NCBI GenBank assembly: GCA_020536535.1
Contig: JAHLWZ010000129.1
Span: forward strand, 1-34,247
Source of the DNA: Pelomyxa schiedti
Taxonomy: Eukaryota; Protista; Evosea
Direction of reading: 5' to 3'
Length of the DNA: 34,247 nucleotides
Translations under genes and position numbers: made by a program
Shown here: positions 22,696 to 34,126 of the stretch, one piece after another
How the letters are laid out: each line of letters opens with the position of its first letter
How positions within the stretch are numbered: the first letter of the stretch is position 1
The notes under the pieces: model-generated
What the model saw: only the letters and a program-made list of their open reading frames with translations
The model's database searches: none
What the model was told of the DNA's origin: nothing

Positions 22696-22812
22696 ATGGA
22701 GACGAGGATACTGTGTTGGGTTGCTGTTGGTTTCGCAATTGTGGGATTGGGGACACTCCCGAGCGTCGTTGAGGGACAACAGCAGACACTCAGCACGTGC
22801 CTGTCGTGGCTG
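22696..22812 (+). CDS. N-terminus of a probable secreted/membrane protein, cut by the gap
   Basis: METRILCWVAVGFAIVGLGTLPSVVEG|QQ resembles a signal peptide; A-rich start context. Confidence 0.5.
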
Positions 22813-22912
22813 NNNNNNNNNNNNNNNNNNNNNNNNNNNNNNNNNNNNNNNNNNNNNNNNNNNNNNNNNNNNNNNNNNNNNNNNNNNNNNNNNNNNNNNN
22901 NNNNNNNNNNNN
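22813..22912. other. Assembly gap (100 N)
   Basis: N run. Confidence 1.
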
Positions 22913-22924
22913 TATTTTATAATT

Positions 22925-25394
22925 TTAAACTGATGAGTGAAATGAGTTGAGAGCAACAGAAGCAGAGAGCCTGGTGGCACGATCACGTGACATCATCCCA
23001 ACAAGAACCTGTCCAATCATCATCGTGGTGCTGGTGCCATTCTCTGTCCTTGCTGTTGCCGTGGTGGCAGTGGTGGTGTTGCTGAGGCCATTGTTGATGT
23101 AGTCCCAGTGTGGAGGGAGTGGAGGGAGAAACTCAGGCGTGAAGGTGCACATGCCTTGCTTGAACTGGCCGATGAACTTGTTGGTGGGAGGCAGCATGGC
23201 ATCGTAAAACGTGAGGGCAAGGGAGAAGGAGTCACACTTGGCAAACGAGAACACACAGGATGGGCCGCGCATCCTCATGAGGTCCCTGGAGAGTGCACTC
23301 ACCTCGGGTGGCATCGTGCCTGTGTTCCCCCACACTTGCCCGTCTGTCCTCATCACAATGGCTTGGAGATCATCATCACAACCATCAGTGGACAAACACT
23401 CCACAGCTTCTCCAAAGTCAATCAACGTGAGCTTGTGTGTGGCTGGGTCAACAAGAATGTTGTCTCCTTTGATGTCCCTGCGATTTATTGTGTGTTGAAT
23501 GGGATTCATGATGCAACGGATTGGAACAACCTGTGGACGACGTGTGCTCTTTCAAGGTGACACACAGCACTCAGTGATTGGAGAAGCATGTTCCTCACAA
23601 TCCTGGGGGTGCTGGTTGTTGTTGTAGACGTGGTGGTGGCACCATCAAGAAGATTTGTCAGAAATTTCACCAAAGGAACACCACAGAAAGGAAGCAGGAA
23701 AGCAAGAGACTTGTTCAGTGATAATTCTTTGTACACTGGTTGATCTGACGGAATTGCCTCAATGAACTCTGGTGGAAATCTTTTGGTTCGGTTGTTGAGG
23801 ATGCTGGTTTATATGTAAAACATAAACACGTGATATTAGTGTTTTTCAATAACTACTAAATTCCTTTATTTGTTCTTAATATTCTAAAGTGTAAGCACAG
23901 TCACACACACACCTTGGAATGACAAGAGTTCCAAGAGGGTGGATAACATTTGGATGAAGTGGCACAGACGCAAGAACAATGCACTCTTTCATGTACTTCT
24001 GCTTGATCAGTGTTTGCTGTGGTGTGTTCTCCCAGTTGAACAGAACTTTCATTGCCATGGTCGTGGATTGTGGTGCGTTGTTTTCCTCACTTCTTTTGTT
24101 GGTGTTGTTGTTGTTGTTATCCAGAGGAGGTTGTGTGGTGGTGGGAGGAGAAGGAGAAGAAGGATGAAGGAGGTGGTGCAACTGTGGCACACTACTGCTG
24201 CTGATGCCTGTGCACGCTCCACCTCCTCCACCTCCACTGGGGAAGAATCTCACCTGGAATGTGGCTGCGTTTGAGCCTGAACCAAGGAATTTCATCATTG
24301 CAAATGAATCAATGTTCGCTCCAACCAACGATGTCATTGTCTCTGCTCTCTCCTGTTTGTTTTTGTTTTTGTTGTTGTGTTTTACAAAGGAGATTTTAGT
24401 CGATTGAAGGACAGAGAACACAAACCTTAAAAGATGCTTTGAGAACAGAGTTCTCTTCCTCAAGTGTAAGGATCCTCCTCTCCTTTTCTTGCAGTTTCCC
24501 TTCGAGAATCAACACCCTCTCATTCATTTCCCTCAATGAATCTCCAAGCCGCTTGTTCTCCCCTGTGATTCGTACAATCTCTTTCTCTCTCATCTCCAGG
24601 AGTTCAGTGAATGTGCTGCTATTCTTTTTTAGTGTCTCCATGGTGGCCTCTTTTGAGGATTGTACCATTCTCCTGGTGGTGGTGGTTGGGGCCGTTTTTA
24701 TGGTAATTATTGTGGTGGGTGATGATTGTGGTTGTTGTTGTGTTGTGGACTTTGAGGATTGAACAATTCTTCTCGCGTTGTGATCCTTCAACAGGTTGCA
24801 GATATCAGTGCAATTCCTTCTTGTTGCCACATCAAGTGGTGTTTTTCCTTGGTTGTTTTTGCAGTTTATGTCAATTCCATTGACTTGGAGCAGAACCTTC
24901 ACCCCTTCCACGAATCTCTCTTCACAAGCCACGTGCAGTGCTGTCTGGCCAATAAGAGACCCGTACCCTGTTGTTGGCACCAAGTTGACGTCCACGCGCG
25001 GGCACTCGAGCAACGCCACCACCACGCCCATGCGGTGAAGCCAACATGCGTGGGCCAGTGGGCACGCCTTGTTCACATCCACATCGGGCCTCGCCACCAA
25101 CAACCTCACCACTGCCTCGTTGCCGTTACCAGCAGCGAGACACAGTGGCGTTTCCCCATCACCGTCGGTTTTGTTTGGGTCGATTGGGGGGTTGCGTGAT
25201 GCGCCCACGCCAAGGAGCTGCCCAACAACCGACTCGTGCCCGCAACCGCACGCAATGTGAAGAATGGGCAAACCGCCATCGCTGATGGGGGTGTTGATGT
25301 CCCATGTGGGTGACGGCGGCAACGTGGGCATGTCACCACGCCGGCACGCATCAATCATGGCCTGGCGCTGAGCCTCTGACAGTGGTGTTGTCAT
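22925..25394 (-). CDS. Ankyrin repeat - coiled coil - Ser/Thr kinase (PINK1-like kinase features)
   Basis: ANK repeats (GETPLCLAA, GQTALHVAC, GKTPLDVA), heptad region, kinase LGSGSNA, AMK, HPNVI, spliced HRDIKGDN, DFG, MPPE. Confidence 0.88.
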
Positions 25395-25753
25395 CGATGT
25401 ATCGCTGATCGGGTCCGTTTTGAATTCAAGCAAATTCTCTCAGGGTCGCAGCTCCAGAATCATTCCCAAGCTATGAATGAGTGTTGTCCATTGGCTTCTG
25501 TAAATGCAAAGATGTGTAGTGGGAAGTGGGTGAGGAATCGAGGCAATGACCTTCCGGTCTGTTGATTATTTGACACGTATCTGATGTAACAGCTTGTCGT
25601 CGATTTTGGTGTTTTTCGATGTTGCGAAGTCCGGTGTCATTTCGCGTGTCATTGAGCTTCGAAACAAACAAAATTCTTATTTGTATATCCAATGCTTTTA
25701 ACGGCTTCAATTTCGGTCTCGTAACTCGTACCACCTAGTAAAATGCTGTCATT

Positions 25754-26250
25754 ATGTCTGTAATTTTAAAAAACCCACCAACTACGAGAATTAACCCAAG
25801 GATGTCTTTTTCGATGACACCATTGGCGCAGTTGCTTTTGATCCCACGACCACACTTCCTCACGGGGGTGTACCAGTTGAACTGACTTTGGCGTTATCAC
25901 TCAAGGGTGATACAAAGTTGGACAATGTGGTGGTTTCTTCAGCCGCTGCTACAAAGTCAGCCCCCACTAGTGCACCACCCACATATGTGAATTACGCACA
26001 TCCATCAGGTTGTTAATGTTTTACTGCCTTCCAAGTTGGACCAGCTTTGCTGTGACTAAATAAGTTGCAAGTATTATTGTTGGGCCAGTTGCTCTGTATA
26101 TTGACGAGGCACTCCCCCCATTTTTGTTGTGGCAAATGCTAAAGTTGTCTTGATGAAGGTATGTGTTTTCCTCACATTATTTTGACTGATGGAATCATAG
26201 TCTATTCTTGTGCACATACTCAGTTTGATTGGAACCCTCAGGTAATCCTA
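25754..26250 (+). pseudogene. Degraded intron-containing gene fragment, weak resemblance to Golgi membrane protein TVP23
   Basis: MS|DVFFDDTIGAVAFDP...YVNYAHPS followed by hydrophobic pieces (LLLGQLLCILT, IFVVANAKVVLMK) interrupted by a stop or frame break. Confidence 0.25.
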
Positions 26251-26704
26251 TTCTCAGCAGATCTTATTGGCTTGTCCATCTCAGTTGCACCTTCCACCTT
26301 CCATATCATTCCGGCAAATGTACATCACCTCCGCATACTTCCGCTGTCCAGTGTCTTTCCTTGCGTTTTACCAGATCGGTACTCAGGTTTCCTTCTCCTA
26401 TTATGCCGCGATTTCTTACTTCCTGGCTCAGAGTCGGCCCTTCCAAAGCTTCCATATCTAGCATATGTTGCTCATGAGGTTGCCTTGATAGTGGATCAGG
26501 ATCATCCCTTACCATCGTTTCTTGGATGAGTATACTGCGGTTTTTACCTCATACTTCCACATCTACACTACGCCTTACTCCCTGTGGAGGGTCCTCTTTG
26601 GTGAAGGCCGCACAAACAAGAAAAATAAAATTTAATTAAATTAATAATAGACACTTCTGTGCAAGAACTGTAATAAAAATCCATCAACCAATCCATCGAT
26701 CGCA

Positions 26705-29700
26705 ATGACAACACCACCGACAAAGGAACAGCTCGAGGCCATGCGTGTTGCATGTGGGCGTGGTGACATGCCCTCGTTGCCACCACCTCCTTGGGACATC
26801 AACACTTCCCTCGTACCTGGTGGTTGGAGCATGCTTCACTCTGCGTGTGGTTATGGGCACGTGCCACTTGCGAGGCAGCTCCTTAGTGTGGGTGCGTCTC
26901 GTGACCCTCCAATCGACCCAAACACCACCTGCGGCACCAGTGGGGATTCTGCGGGTGTAACACCACTGTGGCTCGCTGCTTGTAGTGACCAGGAGGCAGT
27001 GGTGAGGATGTTGGTTGCAAGACCCGACGTGGATGTGAACAAGGGGAGCCCACTAGTCATCGCATGTAGGTATCGCCATGTAAGTGTGGTGGCGTTGCTT
27101 GAGTGCCCACGTGTGGACGTCAACTTGGTGCAAACAATAGGATGGGGGTCTCTTGTTGGTAAAGCAGCACTGCATGTGGCTTGTGAACAGCAATTCATGG
27201 CCGGGGTGAAGCTTCTGCTCCAGGTCAATGGAATTGACGCAAACTGTGGAACCTTTGACGGTGAAACACCACTTGATGTGGCAACAAGATGTAATTTCCC
27301 CAAAATCTGCGACCTCTTGAAGGATCACAATGCGAGAATTGTACAATCCTCATTTCTTGACTCAACTGCAAAGAACAAGGGTTTTAATCTCCTTTCTTGA
27401 ACACCCACCTTATTCCATCCTCGTTTTCACTTTGGAACCTCACACTTTGTGTTTAAAAGACCACGACGAGATCACAGAACTGAAGGCGCGAATCACAAAA
27501 TTGGAGGATGAAAACGCAAAGAATGTGAATCTCCATTATGAAAGAAGAGATGAACAACAAAGGATTTGTGATCTCCAACACTGTATGTGGGCGACACCCC
27601 CCCTTTTCTCTTCCACCAACCACACACAAGATAGCACAATTCCACACTCTTCTGGCATTACAGACACGAATCATGTGATGTCACATGTTGAACAAGGAGA
27701 AGGCACATGGTGCAATATTCTTCCTGAAACCAACAACAACAAAAACAACAACTGCAAGCAATCACAAATCAGGATTGTGTTTGAGGACCTTGCCCCTTTT
27801 GATGAAATTGTGTGTGCCTCCTGTCCTCTTCAAATGGTGTGCACGTTCCCATGTTTTTCGTTTTACTCACTGGCTGCTGACAAACACAGGTTGTGAAGAT
27901 CATCATCTCAAGGAAGTTTGGAGTTGAACCAACTCAACAGGCAATTTTCACAGTTGGTTCAGATGATAACCACTCAGAAGAACTGTTGACTGACCCTTCC
28001 AAAACCTTGGAAGAAATTCAACAGCAACAACAGCAAGGCGGCAGCACAAACAGAGTTGTTGTTCAAATCAGAGTGAGAATCAAATCGAGCATGACAATAC
28101 AAGAGAAAGACTTGAAGGTTGTTTCCACACTTGGAGTCGGATCATATGGAACTGTTTTCAAGTGCACCTTCATTCACAACACAGCCACTTCCTCCTCCTC
28201 AACACCATCAGAAACAACAACATCCGTGGCAGTGAAAGCCCTTCATGAATGCATCAAGAGTGAATTCAACATCACCCAATTTCAGCAGGAAGCTGGGGTG
28301 AGTGACAGAGCCCTTTACATCCCTGAAAAATCATTCTCATTCACACAGATTTCATCAAGTTTGAGGCACACCAATATTGTGAGATGCCTTGGGACATGCA
28401 CCACCAGCACAGGGTCACTCTGGATTGTCTCTGAACTCATGGAATTGAGCCTCAGGCAGCTCCTTCGTCATGTTTCTTTTTTGCTCCCCCTTTTGTTGGA
28501 CTCACTATGAACACAACCAGAAAGATTTAACATTCATGGAAGTTGTTTCAGTTGCATCAGGAATTGCCAAAGGAATGACTGCACTTCACAGGTTTCAGTT
28601 CTTCCTTGACACTTTTAATATTGATGATGATAACATTCTTTTTCCCCAATAATAAAAATACAACACAGGAGGAACAACGTTCTTCTTGATTCTCATGGAG
28701 TTCCAAAAATCGCTGATTTCGGTATTGTCTTCATTTCATGTTGGCTTTTTAATCTCTTTTAATTTTTGGCAGGATTGTCAAGAGCTCTCCAAGGTTCTTC
28801 TGAGTCTTCTGGTGGTTGCCATTATTTTACAGACAGGCCTGGCACAGTGAGTTACCTGCCACCACAGATGCACACCCCTCATTATGGTATAAAAGGTGTC
28901 TGTTCCCATGTGATTTATTTACACACAGCATTCTTACCAAACAATGTGCACAGGTGACATGTGGGAGTTCGCAGTCTTGTTGAGTGTGATTCTCAGGGGA
29001 GCAACACCTGAAGTGAGGCCACCAAAGTCTGCCAACCAAATCACTGAGTTCTTGGCAGTTCAACAAACTTCACTCTCTTCAGAAGAAGTTTCAGGTTTGT
29101 TTGTTCTCTGCCATCACATGACAAACCCACACAGAATTGAACCGGCTTTGCCAAGGTGACCCTGGTGAAGTTGTTGTTGTGGAGTGCCTCAGCCGGAGAA
29201 ATGCAATCATTTCTTCCTTGTGTTCTGATCCCAAGATGAACAACGTGCACCGTGTGTGTGTCAGTCTGTTCTCTCTTGTTGTTGAGTCCTGCCTCTCAAT
29301 CCTCGGTTTGTTTCCTACCCCCCCAGTGTGTTGGAAATTTCTCCCAACCAACACACACAGAGAGCAACCGGCCGTCATTCCCAGCAATTGAGAGAATGCT
29401 GATGACATGTGCAGGTATGGTATTTGAAAGTTCCACAACCACAACTGTTGTTACCAACAACATCCTCAACAGCAACAACTGCCACCACGCAATGACAAAA
29501 GCAACACAGCAACCTGCATGCACAACAACAAAAAGTTACTGGGATGTGGTGGCACACATCAACACATGCCTTTCCAACATCGCCACCACATTCCCATTCA
29601 AAACCACTCATGATGCTCCCACAACACAACCACCATCAATAACAGGGGACTTCAGTAAACAATGTTGTGGCACATCCCAAGGTGATACATTGCCACAATT

Positions 29701-29719
29701 GCCCCATTTGAAAATATGA
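26705..29719 (+). CDS. Ankyrin repeat - coiled coil - ubiquitin-like - TKL pseudokinase (catalytic loop deleted)
   Basis: ANK exon 26705-~27380; VKIIISRKFGVEPTQQAIF (Ubl-like); LGVGSYGTVF, VAVK, HTNIVRCLG, DFG, GTVSYLPPQ, GDMWEFAVLL. HRD is absent: the spliced sequence reads LHRRNNVLLD. Confidence 0.82.
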
Positions 29720-29739
29720 ATGTACCCACTTTGGTATCT

Positions 29740-30216
29740 TAACATTCACAAGCCACGTGCAGTGCTGTTTGGCCAATAAGAGAGGGCCATCCTCGTGTTT
29801 GCAGCACCACCAAGTTTACATCCACACGTGGGCACTCAAGCAACGCCACCACCACACCCACTTGGCGTAGCTGGCCAGTGGGCCTGCCTTGTTCACATCC
29901 ACATTGGATCTTGCCTCGCCACCAACATCCTCACCACTGCCTCCTTGCCTGCTGCAGCAGCGAGACACGGTGCCGTTTCACCGTAGCAGTCAGTTTTGTT
30001 TGGGTTAATTTTGGGGGTGCGCACCCACCACGTAAAGGAGCTGCCAGACGACTCATGCCCGTGCCGGCATGCAATGTGAAGCATGGTCAAATCAGCACCA
30101 TCGCTGATGGGGGTGTTGATGTCCCATGTGGGTGACGGCGGCAACGTGGGCATGTCACCACGCCGGCACGCATCAATCATGGCCTGGCGCTGAGCCTCTG
30201 ACAGTGGTGTTGTCAT
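29740..30216 (-). pseudogene. Truncated, frameshifted copy of the ankyrin module
   Basis: 5' part nearly identical to 25394-25275 (MTTPLSEAQRQAMIDACRRGDMPTLPPSPTWDINTPISDG); indels afterwards; homology lost after GQTALHVAC; no kinase follows. Confidence 0.85.
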
Positions 30217-30268
30217 CAATGTGATTTCAAATCAAACAAACGAAATCAAATGGGAAAGGGGCTGATTA

Positions 30269-30521
30269 CCGTATGTTGAGAAACCTTCGTTCCAACAAAC
30301 TTTCGTTGCCGAAAACTTTCGTTGCCCAAATTTTTCGTAGCCCACAGCACCCGACGTCGAAAGTTTTCGGCGACGATCATTTTCGCAGACTATCAAGTGT
30401 CGTGGTTTTAGGTGCCGGAACGAACTTTTTTACCGACGCACGTTTTCGGCAACAAAAGTTTTCGACAACGAAAGTTTTCGGCAACGAAAGTTTTCTGGAA
30501 CGAAGGTTTCCCAACATACGG
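30269..30521. mobile_element. MITE, longer copy with ~56-bp TIRs and 16-nt subterminal repeats
   Basis: TIR CCGTATGTTGRGAAACCTTCGTTCCA..AAACTTTCGTTGCCGAAAACTTTCGTTG; TA at 30267-68 and 30522-23; repeats of TTTTCGGCAACGAAAG. Confidence 0.93.
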
Positions 30522-30805
30522 TATGCCATTTGTTCTATTCAAAATTCATACAAGCACAGGAATGATGCTAGGCAGGCAAGAAGTGTCTGCATCCTCATCT
30601 CTCTGCACAGCCTAAAAGATCTGGAAAACGATACGTGGCAAAACTTGTAATGACTTGTTTTTGGGCATTATTTTTCTGAACATCCCTTCAATCAAATCCT
30701 ATATCCACTACAACAAAAAGTGTGCACACTCGGGCAGTCCCAATCTTGGAGAGAAACTTTCGTTCTTTCCTTGTGGTTGTCCATGTGACAGGCCCCTCAG
30801 GTTTC

Positions 30806-32998
30806 TTAAGCAAGGAAGGATGCAGCCAAGCCCGCGAGGCACGCGGCAATGTGCTGCCCCCCCGTTGGCGTCGACGTGGTTACCGCGGTGGTGGCAGAGG
30901 CCGTGGTGGTGTTGGTGTCGATGTTGCGTGTGTGGCCTGGGCTTGTTGTTGTTGTTGCTGCTGCTGTGTTTGTGATGATTGTGGGCGTGGAACCACCACC
31001 TGAACTGGTGGTTGTTGTGAATATGAGCTCCGCACATGTCATCATGATTTTCTCAATCGCCGGAAACGATGGCCGGTCGGTCTCTGTGCGTTTGTGAGTG
31101 AACACATGAGGGAAAAAAAGGAACGAACCGAGGATTGAGAGGCAGGACTCAACAACGAGAGAGAACAGACCAACGCACGCACGGTGCACGTTGTTGTTGT
31201 TCATCTTGGGATCAGATCGCAACGCGGAGATGATTGCGATCCTCCGGCTGAGGCACTCCGCAACGGGAATGTCCCCGACGTCATCACAAAGCCGGTTCAC
31301 TTCTGTGTGTGTTGTGTGAGAAAGTGAGTTCTTTATGTTTGATGGTGAACAACGAACCGGCAATTTCAGGGGATGACAGCGAAGACCTCTGGAGCCTCAT
31401 AAACTCACTGATTTTGTCAGTGGACTTGGGCAGTGTGACCTCCGGGATAGCGCCTTGGAGAAGTTCACTCAACAAAACTGCGAACTCCCACATGTCTCCT
31501 GTGATTGTTGTAAGACAGAATTCAAGATTTTCCCCCCCTCCAACACCTTGAATTCCGTAGTGACGAGTATGCATCTGCGGTGGCAGGTAAATCGGGGTTC
31601 CTGCACCGTTTGTGAGAGTATTTCCAACGCTTGCTCTTGACACTCCTTTGGTAATCATGTTAAATTGGAATGAAATTTCAATTCCTTTGGGAGAGAAACC
31701 GAAATCAGCAATTTTTGGAGTTCCACAAGAATCCAGGAGAACGTTGTTGCTGGTCAAGTCCCGGTGCATGATATTCCTCCTGTGTGTTTGTGACAATTCA
31801 AAAAAGAGGCAAGGAAAAATAACAAACATGTGAAGTGCAGTCATTCCTTTGGCAATTCCTGAAGAGATTGCAACAACTTCCACAAATGTCAAACTTTTCT
31901 GGTGTGCGCGTTGGTGTGTCAGTGTCAAAAGTAGAAGAAGAAAATGCAAACGAACAAACAAACATGATGAAGGAGCTGCCTGAGGCTCATTTCCATGAGT
32001 TCAGAGACGATCCAGAGTGATCCAGTGCTCGTGATGCACGTTCCAAGGCATCTCACAATGTTTGGATGCCTCAAGCTCAATGAAATCTGTGGTACGAAGG
32101 GGTTGGTGTTGTGTGAGTGGTGATTTTTTTCCCAACACACACAACATCATTGGGGACACACCTCACGCACGCACGCACACGCACACTCACCAGAGCTTCT
32201 TGCTGAAACCTGGTGATGTTAAACTCTGATTTTATGCTTTCGTGAAGTGATTTCACTGCCACAAATGTTGTTGTGGTCATTGTTGTTTCTGATGATGTTG
32301 AGGAGGATGAAGATGCTGCTGCTGTGTCGTTGTTGTGAAGGAGGGTGCACTTGAAAACGGTTCCATATGATCCAACTCCAAGTGTGGAAACAACTTTCAA
32401 GTCTTTCTCTGGTATTGTCATGCTTGATTTGATTCGGACTTGTATTGACACAACTCTGTTTGTGCTGCTGCTGATGTTGCCTTGTTGCTGTTGTTGTTGT
32501 TTAATTTCTTCCAAGGTTCTGAATGGATCATCGGTCAACAGTTCCTCTGAGTGGTTATCATCTGGACCAACAATGAAAATGACTTGTTGTGTTGGATCAA
32601 CTCCAAATTTCCTTGAGATGATGATCTTCACAACCTGTGTTGGTGTGTGTTTTCCCACAGCATCATCCACAGAGAAATTGGGGGGGATGGGAAAGGGATT
32701 TCAAGAGGAACGTACCATTTGAAGAGGACAGTAGCCACACACAATTTCATCGAAAGGGGCATGGTCCTCAAATACAATCCTGATTTGCGAGTGTTTGCAG
32801 TGGCTGCTTTTGTTGTTGTTGGTTTCAGGGAGCAAAATGTTGCACCACGTGCCTTCTCCTTGTTCAACATGTGACATCACATGATTCATGTCTGTGATTG
32901 ACAGTTAGGGGGCCACGTGGCTGGCTAACTAAGGAGGTGTTGTGAGGCACAAACCGTGTTGGAGATCATGAATTCTCTGTTGATCAGTTACCCTCTCA
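30806..32998 (-). CDS. Ubiquitin-like + TKL kinase, paralogue of 26705-29719; 5' end broken by inversion and gap
   Basis: Same exon structure as the plus-strand paralogue; intact MHRDLTSNNVLL, DFG, GTPIYLPPQ. Confidence 0.85.
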
Positions 32999-33002
32999 CA
33001 CT

Positions 33003-33103
33003 TTCCTTTTCTTGGATGTTCACACAAAAGAAATCACAGAAGAACTGAATGCGCGAATCACACAATTGGAGGAAGAAAACGCAAAGAACCTGAAGGTTCT
33101 CCA
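33003..33103 (+). other. Inverted fragment of the coiled-coil exon of the adjacent kinase gene
   Basis: EITEELNARITQLEEENAKNLKVL (+) is homologous to EITELKARITKLEDENAKNVNL at ~27470-27530, while the continuation ERVTDQQRIHDLQH lies on the minus strand at ~32957-32998. Confidence 0.8.
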
Positions 33104-33203
33104 NNNNNNNNNNNNNNNNNNNNNNNNNNNNNNNNNNNNNNNNNNNNNNNNNNNNNNNNNNNNNNNNNNNNNNNNNNNNNNNNNNNNNNNNNNNNNNNNN
33201 NNN
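33104..33203. other. Assembly gap (100 N)
   Basis: N run. Confidence 1.
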
Positions 33204-34097
33204 ACCCCGAGGGTCCTCAAGTCATTCAAGCTGCCAGCAAATGCCCTGTCATTCCTGGGCCCAGACGTGCCTGTGTGGCGTGACAGGCAATCACTTGTTG
33301 CTGTTGACATCACTGGCAAGAGGGAGAGTGTCAACCTGGGGCTTCGCGATCCCAGGCTGGATTCGGCCTCGTCTGTGGTGCACAACAGAAAGTGGCTGGT
33401 TTTGAATGGAAGATACGGGGCACTGACGGTGTGGAGGCTGAACAAGGGGTTCCCTGAAGGTGCTCCACGTGACCTTGATGTATCTTGCATTGAGGCAAAG
33501 AGTGATTACTCTATCGGGAAGCTGTTCCTTACACACAGCCAACCGGTGGAGTGCATTGCAGATGGCGATGAGCTGTGCATGGTTACAACAAGAGGCTGCC
33601 AGTGTTTAGTCACGGTCATAGACATCCAGAAGTGTTTTAATACTGGAACACTTGTGAAAACAAAGGAACTTACTGTTGCTGAGGATGCAACATGGAATTT
33701 TTTTGTAGTCAACAATGTCTGGAGTGCCAGAGAGGGAAGCATATTTGTCGAGATCAGGGACTTTACTGCACCAGCCACCGTGATCCAGAATGTTACCACT
33801 GGAGTGTGCACCAGTCTCCAAGGACATGTTTCGCAAGTTGATGACTCCCATTATGTTAACACAACATACCCACTGGGCAATGGGACATGTGGGATTTACC
33901 AAACAGGCACCAACATGCTGGTGAGGGAGTGGGTGAACGAGGGTAGCAACTTCTGGGCTGGTGGGCTGATGGTCACCAAAAGGCGTGGTGATGGGAGGAT
34001 AACATGCTGTGAGGCACTCTCCGGCATTCACGTTGCTTCGTTCTCTGTGCTTGGTGTGAAGAAAATCGGAATCCAACTTTTTCCACTTAGCTCCTGA
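33204..34097 (+). CDS. Tandem family copy 2' (open frame; 5' end in gap)
   Basis: Near-identical to 3457-4237 but retains the 113-nt segment. Confidence 0.85.
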   Translation, partial: TPRVLKSFKLPANALSFLGPDVPVWRDRQSLVAVDITGKRESVNLGLRDPRLDSASSVVHNRKWLVLNGRYGALTVWRLNKGFPEGAPRDLDVSCIEAKSDYSIGKLFLTHSQPVECIADGDELCMVTTRGCQCLVTVIDIQKCFNTGTLVKTKELTVAEDATWNFFVVNNVWSAREGSIFVEIRDFTAPATVIQNVTTGVCTSLQGHVSQVDDSHYVNTTYPLGNGTCGIYQTGTNMLVREWVNEGSNFWAGGLMVTKRRGDGRITCCEALSGIHVASFSVLGVKKIGIQLFPLSS

Positions 34098-34126
34098 ATC
34101 GGAAATTGGTTGACAACCAACAATCC

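Noticed and set aside
30440-30510. 16-nt direct repeats as a CRISPR array
   Set aside because: No spacers; they are MITE subterminal repeats in a eukaryotic context.
33602-33708. GT...AG segment as an intron lost from copy 2
   Set aside because: The deletion boundaries (33606-33718) do not match the splice sites, and the segment is coding in the paralogues.
33012-34097. 361-aa ORF as a coiled-coil/family fusion
   Set aside because: Artefact of reading through the 100-N gap; the two sides belong to different genes.
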